In this document: positions 35,829 through 45,697 of the stretch, in pieces | Numbering within the stretch: the stretch's first letter is position 1 | Layout of the letters: each line of letters begins with the position of its first letter | Source of the DNA: Acidobacteriota bacterium | Lineage (GTDB): Bacteria; Acidobacteriota; Terriglobia; Bryobacterales; Bryobacteraceae | Length of the DNA: 64,000 nucleotides | Assembly: GCA_023436715.1 (NCBI GenBank) | Contig: JAEZIJ010000204.1 | Span: 3,548 to 67,547 of the forward strand | Direction of reading: 5' to 3' | Made by a program: the position numbers and the translations under genes | Notes under the pieces: generated by a model | Databases searched by the model: none | What the model was told of the DNA's origin: nothing | Seen by the model: the letters and a program-made list of their open reading frames with translations, nothing else

Positions 35829-36530
35829 TTGAGCACCGCTACTTTTCCCAACGGAACGGTGCTCGTCTCTTCCGCCCTCACGCCGGAAGCCATGGCAAGC
35901 CTCATGCAGCCGCTCGTGGCCCAGATCCTCGGCTTCGATCCGGAAACGCAGCCCGAGGCATTCCGTGCCGTGCGCGTCTCCTGGCAGCAGCAGGGGCAGC
36001 CGGGCCCAAGGATCAGTGAGAATGTGTGCATCCTGCGCGCGACACTTCAGAACGCCCCATACAGCCGCGTGCGTGATGGGCTGTTCCGCTCCGCCGTACC
36101 GGAGAACTCTACCGCTCAGCTTCCGGGAGCCGGCGAGGCGCACGCGGGAGAGCAGTACGCAGGATTTCGCGCAGACCTTTTCGTGGGGCTGTCCAGCCAA
36201 ATGAGCTTCACCCAGGTCTGGAACCTCCACCTGACGCTATACGGGCCAAACTGCGCCGACCGAGCCCGGCTGATCTCTTCCGCTATGGCCCTCGACTGGG
36301 CGCGCGAGGCGCTGGCTGCCAGCAACCTATATGCGATTCCAGACTGGCATCGTCCGGTCTACGCTCCGGAACTTTTCCAGGGCCAGTGGTGGCCGCGCGC
36401 CGACCTCGACCTGGAGTTCAACGAACTGGTGAACGAATCCATCACCGTGCCGTCCGCGGCCGGGGTGGACATCACGCTCATCAAAGAAACTGGCTTGACG
36501 GCGGAGATTCACATCCGCGCCGCCGAATAA
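35829..36530 (+). CDS. neck/tail terminator-like protein
   Basis: TTG start. Lies immediately upstream of the sheath gene. Confidence 0.45.
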   Translation: MSTATFPNGTVLVSSALTPEAMASLMQPLVAQILGFDPETQPEAFRAVRVSWQQQGQPGPRISENVCILRATLQNAPYSRVRDGLFRSAVPENSTAQLPGAGEAHAGEQYAGFRADLFVGLSSQMSFTQVWNLHLTLYGPNCADRARLISSAMALDWAREALAASNLYAIPDWHRPVYAPELFQGQWWPRADLDLEFNELVNESITVPSAAGVDITLIKETGLTAEIHIRAAE

Positions 36531-36562
36531 CTTCTCTCCACTCAACTTAGAAAGGAAACCAG

Positions 36563-37987
36563 ATGGGAGCTTACTCTCTACCCCTCTCTCAGATTTTGAA
36601 TGTTGCGGTTGTCGTGTCGCCGGCGGCAGTTCCGGGGCCGAGCTTCAACCAGGCTCTCATCGTAGGGCCGAGCAACGTGATCCCGTCGAGCGAACGGCTG
36701 CGCCTGTATTCTTCGGTCGCGGCCATGCTCGCCGACAACTTCACCGACGACGATCCGGAGTACAAAGCCGCCACGTTGTACTTCGGCCAGACTCCTCAGC
36801 CGACTTACCTCTGGGTGGGCCGGCAGGATCTGACCGCCATCGCCGCCGTCGAGGCGGGCACCTACGCGGGGACAGGATATAAGGCCGGAGACGTCGTGAC
36901 GGTCGTGCAGGCCGGGGCCTCGGGCGGAAAGCTCAAGGTGACGGCTATTGGTACGGGCGGCGCGGTGACCGGATTTGAGATCGTTCCCGGCTCGCGTGGC
37001 ACGCTCTACAGTGTGGCGAGCGGACTCAGCACCACGGGCGGCAGCGGCACGGGACTCTCGGTCAACATTACCGCCATCGGAGAAACTCCGCTCCAGGCGA
37101 TGCAGGCCTGCCGGGTGGCGCAGACCGACTGGTACGCCTGCATGTTCGTCGGGACTGCCACGGACGCCGACTGCTTGGAGATCGCGGCCTTCATCGAGAG
37201 CGCCTCGCCCGCGAGCGTATATTTCGTCACAACCGGCGAAGCGGACGTGCTGAACACTCCGGCCGACAACCTACTGGCCGACCTGAAGTCGGCCAAATAC
37301 CGCCGCACCTTCGCGATGTACGCCACCACTCAGGGCGGCACGTTCCCGAACAACGCCTACGCCTCGGCCGCGCCGATGGGCTACGCGATGGGGGCGAACA
37401 CCGGGGCGGCCGGCAGCTACTTCGATGTGATGTTCAAGGCGATCTATGGAGTCGCTCCCGAGCCGCTTACCCAGTCGCAGGCGAACGCGATCTGCGGACC
37501 GATCGATCGTTCCTCGCCGGGCCTGAACGCGAACGTCATGCTGAGCTACCAGAACGGCTCCTACTCGTGGATCCAGCCTGCGATCATGGCATCCGGCGAC
37601 TTCTTCGACGAGGTGCTGAACCTCGACATGCTGGCGAGCGACATGCAGTTCAGCGGAGTCAACCTGTTGACCTCCGTTCCGGCGCTGCCGATCACCGACG
37701 GTGGCGTAACGATGATGAAGAACGTGCTGGCCGGAGCCTGCGAGCGCGCCAAGGCCCGCGGCTTCATCGCCCCGTCTGGAATCTGGCAGGGAGTCGGGGT
37801 GGGAACCGGTTCCGCCGCCATCGAGCCAGGAGACGCTCTGCCCCAAGGCTACTACCTCTACGCGCCCCCGGTGAGCAGTATGTCCGCTGCCCGGCGCGCG
37901 GCGCGAATCATGCCTCCAATCACCGCGCTGGTCATCGAGGCGCAGTCCGGCCACTCGCTCGCGGTGACTCTGGATGTGCAGCGGTAA
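36563..37987 (+). CDS. tail sheath protein (DUF3383-like)
   Basis: 474 aa. N-terminus (FNQALIVGPS..ERLRLYSS..ATLYFGQTPQPTYLWVGRQD) is typical of DUF3383. Followed by tube and chaperone genes. Confidence 0.65.
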   Translation: MGAYSLPLSQILNVAVVVSPAAVPGPSFNQALIVGPSNVIPSSERLRLYSSVAAMLADNFTDDDPEYKAATLYFGQTPQPTYLWVGRQDLTAIAAVEAGTYAGTGYKAGDVVTVVQAGASGGKLKVTAIGTGGAVTGFEIVPGSRGTLYSVASGLSTTGGSGTGLSVNITAIGETPLQAMQACRVAQTDWYACMFVGTATDADCLEIAAFIESASPASVYFVTTGEADVLNTPADNLLADLKSAKYRRTFAMYATTQGGTFPNNAYASAAPMGYAMGANTGAAGSYFDVMFKAIYGVAPEPLTQSQANAICGPIDRSSPGLNANVMLSYQNGSYSWIQPAIMASGDFFDEVLNLDMLASDMQFSGVNLLTSVPALPITDGGVTMMKNVLAGACERAKARGFIAPSGIWQGVGVGTGSAAIEPGDALPQGYYLYAPPVSSMSAARRAARIMPPITALVIEAQSGHSLAVTLDVQR

Positions 37988-38014
37988 GCGGGCCAACGAA
38001 AGGAGAACAGAACC

Positions 38015-38473
38015 ATGTCTAGAATCCTCACGACCTACAGCGGCCGCGACACCAATTTTTCGTTCACCCACCCGCTCATCGGCGTCATCCAGTGCGCCGG
38101 CATCGCCGAGATGGGCCTGGCGCAGTTGACCATCCGCATGACCACCGACCAGTCGAGCGTACAGGTTGGCATGGACGGCGCCGTGGTCCCGAGCGTCATC
38201 CCGGGCGACCAGGGCGAGATCGAGCTCCAGGTGTGGCAGACCAGCACACTGCACCAGGATCTGCTGGCCTGGTACAACGCGCTCCGGGCCGCGCGCGACG
38301 CTGGCGACGTGTCCCAGTGGTTTGGCGGCACATTCCTCGCCCAGAGCATCGTGGACGGCTCGTCGCATCTGGCGACCGGAGTGGCGCCCGTCAAAGTGCC
38401 GGACAAGACCTACGCCGAGCAGGCCCAGCGAGTGACCTGGGTGCTGCGGGCCTGCAACATCGTTTCGCAGTAA
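38015..38473 (+). CDS. tail tube protein (DUF3277-like)
   Basis: 152 aa, directly after the sheath gene. Confidence 0.6.
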   Translation: MSRILTTYSGRDTNFSFTHPLIGVIQCAGIAEMGLAQLTIRMTTDQSSVQVGMDGAVVPSVIPGDQGEIELQVWQTSTLHQDLLAWYNALRAARDAGDVSQWFGGTFLAQSIVDGSSHLATGVAPVKVPDKTYAEQAQRVTWVLRACNIVSQ

Positions 38474-38485
38474 GTGGAGTAACTC

Positions 38486-38866
38486 GTGGCGATACAAAAA
38501 TCCAAAGATGTTCAGATCAACGGAATAACCTTCCGCGTCGGCCTGCTTTCCGCGCTCGTGGGCGACTGGCTCATCACCCAGTTGCTCACGAAGCGGTTCA
38601 CGGACGCGGAAGTCTACCGCAAATCTCAGGATCACCTGCTTGGCGTGTGCTCGGTCTACGTCGAGAAGGAAGAAGCCCGCGTGCCGATGCGGATCTACGA
38701 CAACGGCCGCTGGCTCGTGGCCGCGCAGTATCCGGACCTCGAATACGACGTGGACACCGTGCACCAACTGTGCCAGGAGGCTCTGGATTTCAACATCGGC
38801 CCTTTTTTCGAGAAGCTGAAAGCCCGCGCTTCAGCTCTGGAGCAGACCTCGGCTACGCTCCAGTAG
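38486..38866 (+). CDS. tail assembly chaperone (short, in-frame product)
   Basis: GTG start. Lies between the tube and tape-measure genes. Contains the slippery T_TTT_TTC at 38803-38809. Confidence 0.65.
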   Translation: MAIQKSKDVQINGITFRVGLLSALVGDWLITQLLTKRFTDAEVYRKSQDHLLGVCSVYVEKEEARVPMRIYDNGRWLVAAQYPDLEYDVDTVHQLCQEALDFNIGPFFEKLKARASALEQTSATLQ

Positions 38867-39045
38867 CGTTCCCGGAGGACATCAGCGGGCAGCTCTGGCG
38901 CCCGGTCCTCGCGGGATTGTGGCGCCAGCACGAGATGGGCGACGGGACATATGACGTCTGGGATCTCGTCGAAGCAAACCGGGTGCTCGACATCCGCGAC
39001 GAGAACCAGAGGCGCGCGGAGGAAGCGGCGAGGAGCCGCAGGTAA
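38486..39045 (+). CDS. tail assembly chaperone, -1 programmed-frameshift product
   Basis: The -1 frame is open from the slip site to 39045 (..FFREAESPRFSSGADLGYAPVAFPEDISGQLWRPVLAGLWRQHEMGDGTYDVWDLVEANRVLDIRDENQRRAEE..). It ends 14 nt before the TMP start. Confidence 0.55.
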
Positions 39046-39058
39046 GTAGCAACTCCCT

Positions 39059-40870
39059 ATGGGCAACGTCCTCGACGAATACCTCGTAAAACTCGGCTTC
39101 ACAACCGACGACAAAAGCTTCGAGCACCTCTCTGGCGTACTTGCCGCGGCCGAGCGAACCACCACCCTGCACGCTTCTGGCATGGCCAAGCGCCTGCTCG
39201 AAGCCCAGGGCGCCATTGTGGGCGCCTTCACTGCCGTTTCGGCGGCCATCGTGGGGACGATGGACAAGGTAGCCATGGCCGATCAGGGCTACCGGCTGAT
39301 GGGATTGCGGATGCTGATGACCACCGACAGCGCCCGCAAGATGGACCTCATCACCAAGGCGCTCGGGGCTGACATCAACCAGATCGTCTGGGACCCTGAA
39401 CTGCACAGCCGGGCGGTCCTGATGGCTCAGGACATCGACAAGATGTCCGAGGCTCTCGGCGGAGACTTCGCCGGAAAAATGAAGGGAATTCGGGATATCC
39501 GCTTCGAGTTCTCGCGCCTCGAGGTGGCCACGAAGTTCCTCGGGATGTCGTTCGCCTCGAAGCTCTTCGAAAAGCTCGTCCCCGGCGAGGCGGGCGACAA
39601 GATCAAGAATTTCGTCACCTGGTTCGAAGAGCACATCCCCGAGATTGCGGACAAGCTGTCCGATTACGCGGTGCCGATTCTCAAGCAGACCTGGGCCATA
39701 ATCCAAGAGGTTGGCGAGGTACTGAAGGCCGCTGGCCTTGCGTTCACTAACTTCGTCGGGCTGCTCTCTGGCGATAGCTCCATCCAAGGTACTGCGTTCA
39801 GTTTCGACAAGATGGCCAAAGCCATCGGGCACGTCGGCGAGTGGATGACGAAATTCTTTAGCTGGATCGCGCATGCGGAAGAACTGCTGGCGCATTTCGC
39901 ATCCGCTACCAGCCTCATGCTTTCAGGGAAGTGGTCCGAGGCCGGCAAGGAATTCAAAGCCGGGCTGATGGACCTCGGAGGCGGCAGCGGAGCCATCTTA
40001 GGGGCATTGACGGGCAGCCTTACTGCGGGCGGGGTGGGAAGTGTTGTTGGCGGTTTCCTTGGATCCGCCGGAGGGCCACTTGGAACCGCAGCCGGGGCCA
40101 CGCTTGGGGGGACTATCGGAAGCACCCTCGGGGTGCCGATAGGCGCCCTTCTGGGCTACGGATCAGGCAAGGCCCGGGAATGGCTAATGCCGAACGAGGA
40201 GCACGAGACGGAACGGGTGCCAGCCGCCCGTGGGCAAGCCCCCGCCGCCGTGTCCGCGCAGCCCCTCCAGGGCCACGCCGACGTGATCGCGGCCATCACG
40301 GCCGCCGCGGACAAATACCACGTTCCGCAGTCGCTGGCGCTCGCTGTCGCGCAGCAGGAATCGCGCTTCCACCAGGAGGCCCGGTCCAGGGTCGGCGCGA
40401 TCGGCGTGATGCAGTTGATGCCGAAAACGGCAGAGTGGCTGAAGGTGAACGCCTACGATGCGATGGAGAATATCGAAGGAGGCGTGAAGTATCTCTCTTA
40501 CCTGCTCAAGCGCTATGCAGGCGACAGCCAAAAGGCGGTGGCCGCGTACAACGCCGGGCAGGGCCGGGTGGATCGCGCGGGCGGTATTGATAACCTTCCG
40601 GCTGAGACTCGAGCCTACGTGCCTTCGGTGCTGCACTATCAGCGCGACTGGAGCGAGAAGCTCGCCGCCATGCAGACGCCCGCGCTGCCCGCAGCGCAAC
40701 CCACGGCAAGCAACCAGACCACCAGCGTTGACGTTGGCGGCGTCTTTATTACGCAACCGAATGCCGACGCCTACGAGATTCGGCGCGCCGTGGCCGACGG
40801 CGTGCGTAAGGGGCTCGAAAAACAGACGAGGATGGACCTCGCGCAGCTTTCGCCCGCTTACTCCGGATAG
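39059..40870 (+). CDS. tape measure protein with a C-terminal lytic transglycosylase (SLT) domain
   Basis: Helical/Gly-rich body. QQESRFHQEARSRVGAIGVMQLMPKTAEWL..AAYNAGQGRV is the SLT catalytic motif. Confidence 0.8.
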   Translation: MGNVLDEYLVKLGFTTDDKSFEHLSGVLAAAERTTTLHASGMAKRLLEAQGAIVGAFTAVSAAIVGTMDKVAMADQGYRLMGLRMLMTTDSARKMDLITKALGADINQIVWDPELHSRAVLMAQDIDKMSEALGGDFAGKMKGIRDIRFEFSRLEVATKFLGMSFASKLFEKLVPGEAGDKIKNFVTWFEEHIPEIADKLSDYAVPILKQTWAIIQEVGEVLKAAGLAFTNFVGLLSGDSSIQGTAFSFDKMAKAIGHVGEWMTKFFSWIAHAEELLAHFASATSLMLSGKWSEAGKEFKAGLMDLGGGSGAILGALTGSLTAGGVGSVVGGFLGSAGGPLGTAAGATLGGTIGSTLGVPIGALLGYGSGKAREWLMPNEEHETERVPAARGQAPAAVSAQPLQGHADVIAAITAAADKYHVPQSLALAVAQQESRFHQEARSRVGAIGVMQLMPKTAEWLKVNAYDAMENIEGGVKYLSYLLKRYAGDSQKAVAAYNAGQGRVDRAGGIDNLPAETRAYVPSVLHYQRDWSEKLAAMQTPALPAAQPTASNQTTSVDVGGVFITQPNADAYEIRRAVADGVRKGLEKQTRMDLAQLSPAYSG

Positions 40871-40872
40871 CC

Positions 40873-41733
40873 ATGGGATCTTTAGTTTCAGCAGGTCTCG
40901 GCGCCGCGGCGCTGGCCAAACGCTTCGGGAGCGTCTCTGGAACCGCGCGCGCGCTCACATTGACCACGGGCGCGGCCTCGCTCATCAGTCAGATCTATTA
41001 CTCGGTCTCGAGCGGAGCGCCCCTCCTGCCGGGCGTGATGGGCCCCTGGCGCCCGCCGCAATGGGCCGGCGGTCCGGCTCTTACGGTCTCCGTCGAAGAC
41101 CCTAACACCCGGGTCAAAACCGTCTACGTCTTCGACGGCATCATCCGCGCCCACCACGAGCAGCGCTCAGTCATCACGCTCAACCCGGTACAGACCGGGG
41201 CGGCGATCTCCGATCACGCCTACGCCATCCCGGCCAGGCTTGACGTCGAGATCGCGATGAGCGATGCCATGCAGTCGTTCGACGTGAGCCAGTGGAACGA
41301 CGGACCATCCCGCAGTGTGTCGGCGTACCAGACTCTGGTGGCATTACAGAAGAACCGGACCGTGGTCCAGGTCGCCACCCGTTTGCGGCAGTACGATCAG
41401 ATGCTCGTCTCGGACGTACGGGCGGAGGAAACAAAAGAGACCGCCTTCGCGCTAAAGGCGCGCGTCTGCTTCACGGAAATCATCCGGGCGTCCGTCGAGG
41501 TTACCTCGTCGTCGATCAAGTGGGATGTGGCGGATTCGGCGTTACCTCAGGTGACCGGGCAGACGGTCGGCGGCCAGGCGCAAGTATCTCCCGTGCCGGC
41601 GAGCGTTCAGGGACAGAACGCGACAGCCAAGCTGACCGGCTCGGGCCCGCTGGCCGCGGTCAAGCGCTCGATCTCCGGAGCCGGAAACTGGAGCAGCGTC
41701 AGCGCTGGAATCCTCGGGTCGGTGCTCAGATAA
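40873..41733 (+). CDS. tail/baseplate hypothetical protein
   Basis: Track ORF directly after the TMP. Confidence 0.5.
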   Translation: MGSLVSAGLGAAALAKRFGSVSGTARALTLTTGAASLISQIYYSVSSGAPLLPGVMGPWRPPQWAGGPALTVSVEDPNTRVKTVYVFDGIIRAHHEQRSVITLNPVQTGAAISDHAYAIPARLDVEIAMSDAMQSFDVSQWNDGPSRSVSAYQTLVALQKNRTVVQVATRLRQYDQMLVSDVRAEETKETAFALKARVCFTEIIRASVEVTSSSIKWDVADSALPQVTGQTVGGQAQVSPVPASVQGQNATAKLTGSGPLAAVKRSISGAGNWSSVSAGILGSVLR

Positions 41734-41734
41734 C

Positions 41735-42064
41735 ATGGCGCAGGTCGTCTCGCTCAATCCGTCACCAAATCATACCCTCCGTGCCGCGCTCACGGTCAAC
41801 GGAGCCGCGCTGACGCTGAACCTCGCGCTACGGTGGAACGCGCAGTCTGGCTTCTGGGCGCTTGACATCGCGGACCAGGCGGGCAACCCGCTGGTGTCCT
41901 CGGTGCCGCTCCTGACGGGAATCTGGCCGGCGGCGAATATCCTAGCTCCGTACGATTATCTGAAAATCGGCTCGGCGTACATCGTCAACCAGTCTGGCGC
42001 GGACGGCGAGCCGGACGAGACGAACCTCGGAGCGTCGTATCTCCTGCTCTGGGACGACAACTAA
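41735..42064 (+). CDS. tail/baseplate hypothetical protein
   Basis: Track ORF, tightly packed with its neighbours. Confidence 0.5.
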   Translation: MAQVVSLNPSPNHTLRAALTVNGAALTLNLALRWNAQSGFWALDIADQAGNPLVSSVPLLTGIWPAANILAPYDYLKIGSAYIVNQSGADGEPDETNLGASYLLLWDDN

Positions 42065-42067
42065 AGC

Positions 42068-43153
42068 ATGGCTTCGCAGGCTCCCCTACCCTTCTTCGGC
42101 CGCGCGTGGAACATCGCGGTCGATACCGCTGACGGCCAGCATCTCGTTGTCGCCAGCAGCCGCGCCGACGAATCACTCCGGGCCACATTCGCGATCGACA
42201 TGTACATGCTCCTGGCCTACTGGCAGGCCGAGGTGAGCATCTTCAATATGTCCTCGCAGACGGCGGGAACGATCTGGAAGGGCAGCCCGAAGCTCGGCGA
42301 CCTGTGGCAGTTCCAGAAGCCGCTTGTCGCCGGAGACACGGTGACCGTGAGCGCCGGGTACGAATCGAGCGAGGCTGGCGGCTTCAACCCCGACGCGAAC
42401 GTGCTCTACCAGGGAAAGGTGCTGCAGCCGGTGTGGCTGCGCGAGAACGTGGTGGATTACCGGCTCATCCTGCGTTGCGTGACAGGCCTCATTGAAGACG
42501 CGGTGAACTTCACGAGCTTTCCAATCGCCGGCGGGGTGAGCGCCCACGATGCGCTGGCGCAGATCTGCTCGCAGGCGAATCCACCGATCCCGATTGACCG
42601 TATCGACGAAGGGGCCCGGACGCGACTCAGCCAGCAGAGCTATCCGCGCGCGCAGGCCATCCATGGGCGTCCCTGGAACGCCATCCGCAGCATCACCGCG
42701 GAGAACAACCTGTTCGCCTGGGTGAACCCTCGCGGGCTCAACGTCCGCTCGTTCGGCTCCGGCGGCACGCCGCAGACTCCGGACTACGCTTACGGGCCGC
42801 CTGAGCCAGCGGGAAACAGCGGCTCCCGGCAAACCGCGCAGGGGCTAGTGAAAAGAACCCTGATCGGCACTCCCGAGCAGACCCAGGACGGAGTTGTGTT
42901 CCGCGTGCTCCTTGACCCCCAAGTGCGCATCGGCGATATCGTGCTCCTCGAGCCCGGCACGCTCATCAACCCGGTCCCGATTCAAGTCGGCCAGCTTCCA
43001 GCCGCGCCGAGCCAGAACGGCATCTATGTGGTGGCTGGCTTGCGCCATTTCGGCGACACGCGCGGCCGCGGCGACGACTGGTTCACCGAGATCCACGGTG
43101 TGGTGATGGACTTCTTCGCCAATTTCCTCACCGCTCGGCAGGCAGGACAGTAA
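42068..43153 (+). CDS. baseplate hub-like protein (late control D / gp27-like position)
   Basis: 361 aa, upstream of the spike gene. Call rests on position only. Confidence 0.45.
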   Translation: MASQAPLPFFGRAWNIAVDTADGQHLVVASSRADESLRATFAIDMYMLLAYWQAEVSIFNMSSQTAGTIWKGSPKLGDLWQFQKPLVAGDTVTVSAGYESSEAGGFNPDANVLYQGKVLQPVWLRENVVDYRLILRCVTGLIEDAVNFTSFPIAGGVSAHDALAQICSQANPPIPIDRIDEGARTRLSQQSYPRAQAIHGRPWNAIRSITAENNLFAWVNPRGLNVRSFGSGGTPQTPDYAYGPPEPAGNSGSRQTAQGLVKRTLIGTPEQTQDGVVFRVLLDPQVRIGDIVLLEPGTLINPVPIQVGQLPAAPSQNGIYVVAGLRHFGDTRGRGDDWFTEIHGVVMDFFANFLTARQAGQ

Positions 43154-43935
43154 TGGCCAACTACGGACTCCCCATCGAGCAGCGCCTTGCGGGCCTGCTG
43201 CCGCCGGTCGAGCGCGAACGCGCCCTGTTGCGCCTGCTTTCGCAATCGCTGCGCGTGGCCCTCCCGGCGGTCGTGCAGAGCTTCCAGCCTGGCCCGCCGG
43301 CGACAGTCTCTGTGCTGGTGGCAACGAAAGAACTGGTCGAGGCCAACCAGGGCGAAACGGCGCTATCTCTCGCTACCCAGGCCGTGCAGCTTCCACTGCT
43401 CCAGGACGTTCCGGTAGCCTTCCCCTCGGCCGGCGGGTGGAGCATGACGTTTCCGATCCAGCCGGGAGACGAGTGCCTGCTGGTGTTCGCCGACACGCCG
43501 CTCGATGTCTGGTGGCAGAACGGCGGCACGGAGAACAACCCCATCAGCCAGCGGCGCCACAGCCTCTCGGACGCCATCGCCATCTTCGGACTGCGCTCGA
43601 GGCCGCGCGGGCTGGCAGGATACTCGACAACCTCGACGCAGATCCGCAACGATGACCAGTCCGTGGTGATAGACCTCGCGCCCGGCCAGATCACCGTGAC
43701 CGCGCCCAACGTGGCCGTGCAGTGCTCCGGCGCGGCTAGCGTGCAGGCGCAGACGGCAACGGTGACGGCCGATCAGGACGTGACCGTGCAGGGCGGGCAA
43801 AAAGTGACCGTGAAGGGCAATCAGTCCGTGACCATCGACGGCAACAGCCAGACGAAGGTGGACGGCAAGGACTTCTTGACGCACAAGCATTCCGGAGTTC
43901 AGGGCGGACTCGCAACTTCCGGTCCGGTCGCGTAA
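43153..43935 (+). CDS. Gp138-family baseplate spike protein
   Basis: PAVVQSF.., FPIQPGDECLLVFADTPLDVWW and RRHSLSDAIAIFGLRS, plus a C-terminal beta-helix-like repeat (VTV..VTV). Confidence 0.65.
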   Translation: MANYGLPIEQRLAGLLPPVERERALLRLLSQSLRVALPAVVQSFQPGPPATVSVLVATKELVEANQGETALSLATQAVQLPLLQDVPVAFPSAGGWSMTFPIQPGDECLLVFADTPLDVWWQNGGTENNPISQRRHSLSDAIAIFGLRSRPRGLAGYSTTSTQIRNDDQSVVIDLAPGQITVTAPNVAVQCSGAASVQAQTATVTADQDVTVQGGQKVTVKGNQSVTIDGNSQTKVDGKDFLTHKHSGVQGGLATSGPVA

Positions 43936-43938
43936 CCC

Positions 43939-44310
43939 ATGCCCACGATAACGACGCGGCGCTTGGATGAGAACGGAGACCCCATGCGTGGGTCCGGGCT
44001 GGCGAACTTCGTCTCGGACATCGACGCCGTGGCAATCATTATCAGCACCCGCCTGCGGCTTCTCCAATCCGAGTGGTTCGAGAGTCGCAACGAAGGCACG
44101 CCACTGTTCCAGTCACTCCTTGGGCACCCAATTACCAGCCAGGGAGTCGCACTCATCCTCAGGCAGCGGATCCTCGGCTCGCCGTACGTCACTGGCATCC
44201 AATCGCTGAACGTGAGCTACCAGCGGGCGGCCAGGAGTTTTGTTTTTGCCGCGGTCGTGAACACCCAGTTCGGGCAGGTCGCTGTCTCAAACGCGCAGCA
44301 GCAGAGCTAA
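43939..44310 (+). CDS. baseplate wedge small protein (XkdS/gp25-position)
   Basis: 123 aa, between the spike and baseplate J genes. Confidence 0.45.
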   Translation: MPTITTRRLDENGDPMRGSGLANFVSDIDAVAIIISTRLRLLQSEWFESRNEGTPLFQSLLGHPITSQGVALILRQRILGSPYVTGIQSLNVSYQRAARSFVFAAVVNTQFGQVAVSNAQQQS

Positions 44311-44316
44311 AACACC

Positions 44317-45684
44317 ATGAGCTACAATCCACCCTCCATCGGGTCTTCTGGACTCATCATCCCGACTTATAACGACATCCTGGAGTGGCTGATCGGACAG
44401 TACCGAGGCATCTACGGGAACTCGGTTTATCTCGGGCCAGATTCCTCCGACTACCAGGACATCGCCGTGCGCGCGCTCCAGGCGAACGATTTCGCGCAGG
44501 CGCTCCAGGCTGTTTACTTGTCGTTCAACCCGCAGACCGCGCTCGGAGCGAGCCTTGATCTGCAAGGGAAGCTGATCGGCACTCCACGCAAGGCAGCGTC
44601 CCAGTCGTTCGCTGTCGTGACTCTCACGGGAACTCCCGGAACCACGATCATCAACGGCGCAGTGCGCGATGTGAACGGAAACTACTGGAATCTGGCCTCG
44701 CCGTCGATCATCGGCACGGCCGGCACGGTTTCGGTAATCGCCACCGCGCAGAAGTACGGCAACATCACGGCCAACCCGGGCGACATCTCTTCCATTACCA
44801 CGCCCACGGCGGGCTGGACCTCGGTCACCAACCCCGCGGCGGCCACGCCCGGAGAGGCGGTCGAGCCCGATTCGGTATTTCGTGCGCGCCTGATGGTAGC
44901 CCAGGTCAAGCCGTCCGTTTCGCTGGTAGCTGGCACGGCGGCGGCGGTCGCGGCCGTGGCCGGAGTCACGCGCTCGCGGGTCTATGAAAACCCGACCAGC
45001 AGCGTGGACTCTTACGGCAACCCACCGCACTCAATCACCTGTGTGGTCGAGGGCGGATCGGCCGAAGAGATCGCCTGGGCGATCTACGAGAACCGCGGCA
45101 TTGGCTGCCACACCAACGGCACGACGACAGTAAATTTGCAGGACCCTAACAACGGCTCAATCAACATCCCGATCGCTTTCGAAGTGCTCAGGCACGTCCC
45201 GGTCCATGTCGCCGTCGGCGTGCACGCGCTCTCTGGCTTCACGACGGCGACCCGCGCCTCCATAGCAGCCGCCATAGCCGAATACCTGAACAGCCTGGGC
45301 ATCGGCGAAAGCGTCGTGTTCTCCGAACTCTACGGTGCCGCGCTGACGGCGCGCCCCGATCCTGACCAGCCGCTATTCTCGATCCGCTCGATGGCATCCG
45401 GGAAGCAGGCTGCCTCGACGACCGGCAGCACTACTGCCGGAAGCCCCACGGTTACGGTTACAAGCGCTGCCGGCATCGCCGCTGGGCAGGGGATCACCGG
45501 ACCGGGCGTACCCGACAACACCACCGTGTCGGGCATCTCGGGCACGACTGTAACGCTTTCGGCGAACGCAACCGCTACCGCCTCCGGCGTCGCGCTGGCC
45601 TTCTTTGTGACTGGAACGTCGGATATTGCAGTCGCATTCAATGAGGCGGCGCAGTCCGGAGGCGTGGTGGTGAACCTGGTCTAG
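44317..45684 (+). CDS. baseplate J-like protein
   Basis: EPDSVFRARLM..GTAAAVAAVAGVTRSRVYEN..ITCVVEGG pattern. Confidence 0.6.
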   Translation: MSYNPPSIGSSGLIIPTYNDILEWLIGQYRGIYGNSVYLGPDSSDYQDIAVRALQANDFAQALQAVYLSFNPQTALGASLDLQGKLIGTPRKAASQSFAVVTLTGTPGTTIINGAVRDVNGNYWNLASPSIIGTAGTVSVIATAQKYGNITANPGDISSITTPTAGWTSVTNPAAATPGEAVEPDSVFRARLMVAQVKPSVSLVAGTAAAVAAVAGVTRSRVYENPTSSVDSYGNPPHSITCVVEGGSAEEIAWAIYENRGIGCHTNGTTTVNLQDPNNGSINIPIAFEVLRHVPVHVAVGVHALSGFTTATRASIAAAIAEYLNSLGIGESVVFSELYGAALTARPDPDQPLFSIRSMASGKQAASTTGSTTAGSPTVTVTSAAGIAAGQGITGPGVPDNTTVSGISGTTVTLSANATATASGVALAFFVTGTSDIAVAFNEAAQSGGVVVNLV

Positions 45685-45697
45685 AAGGATTCCAACA

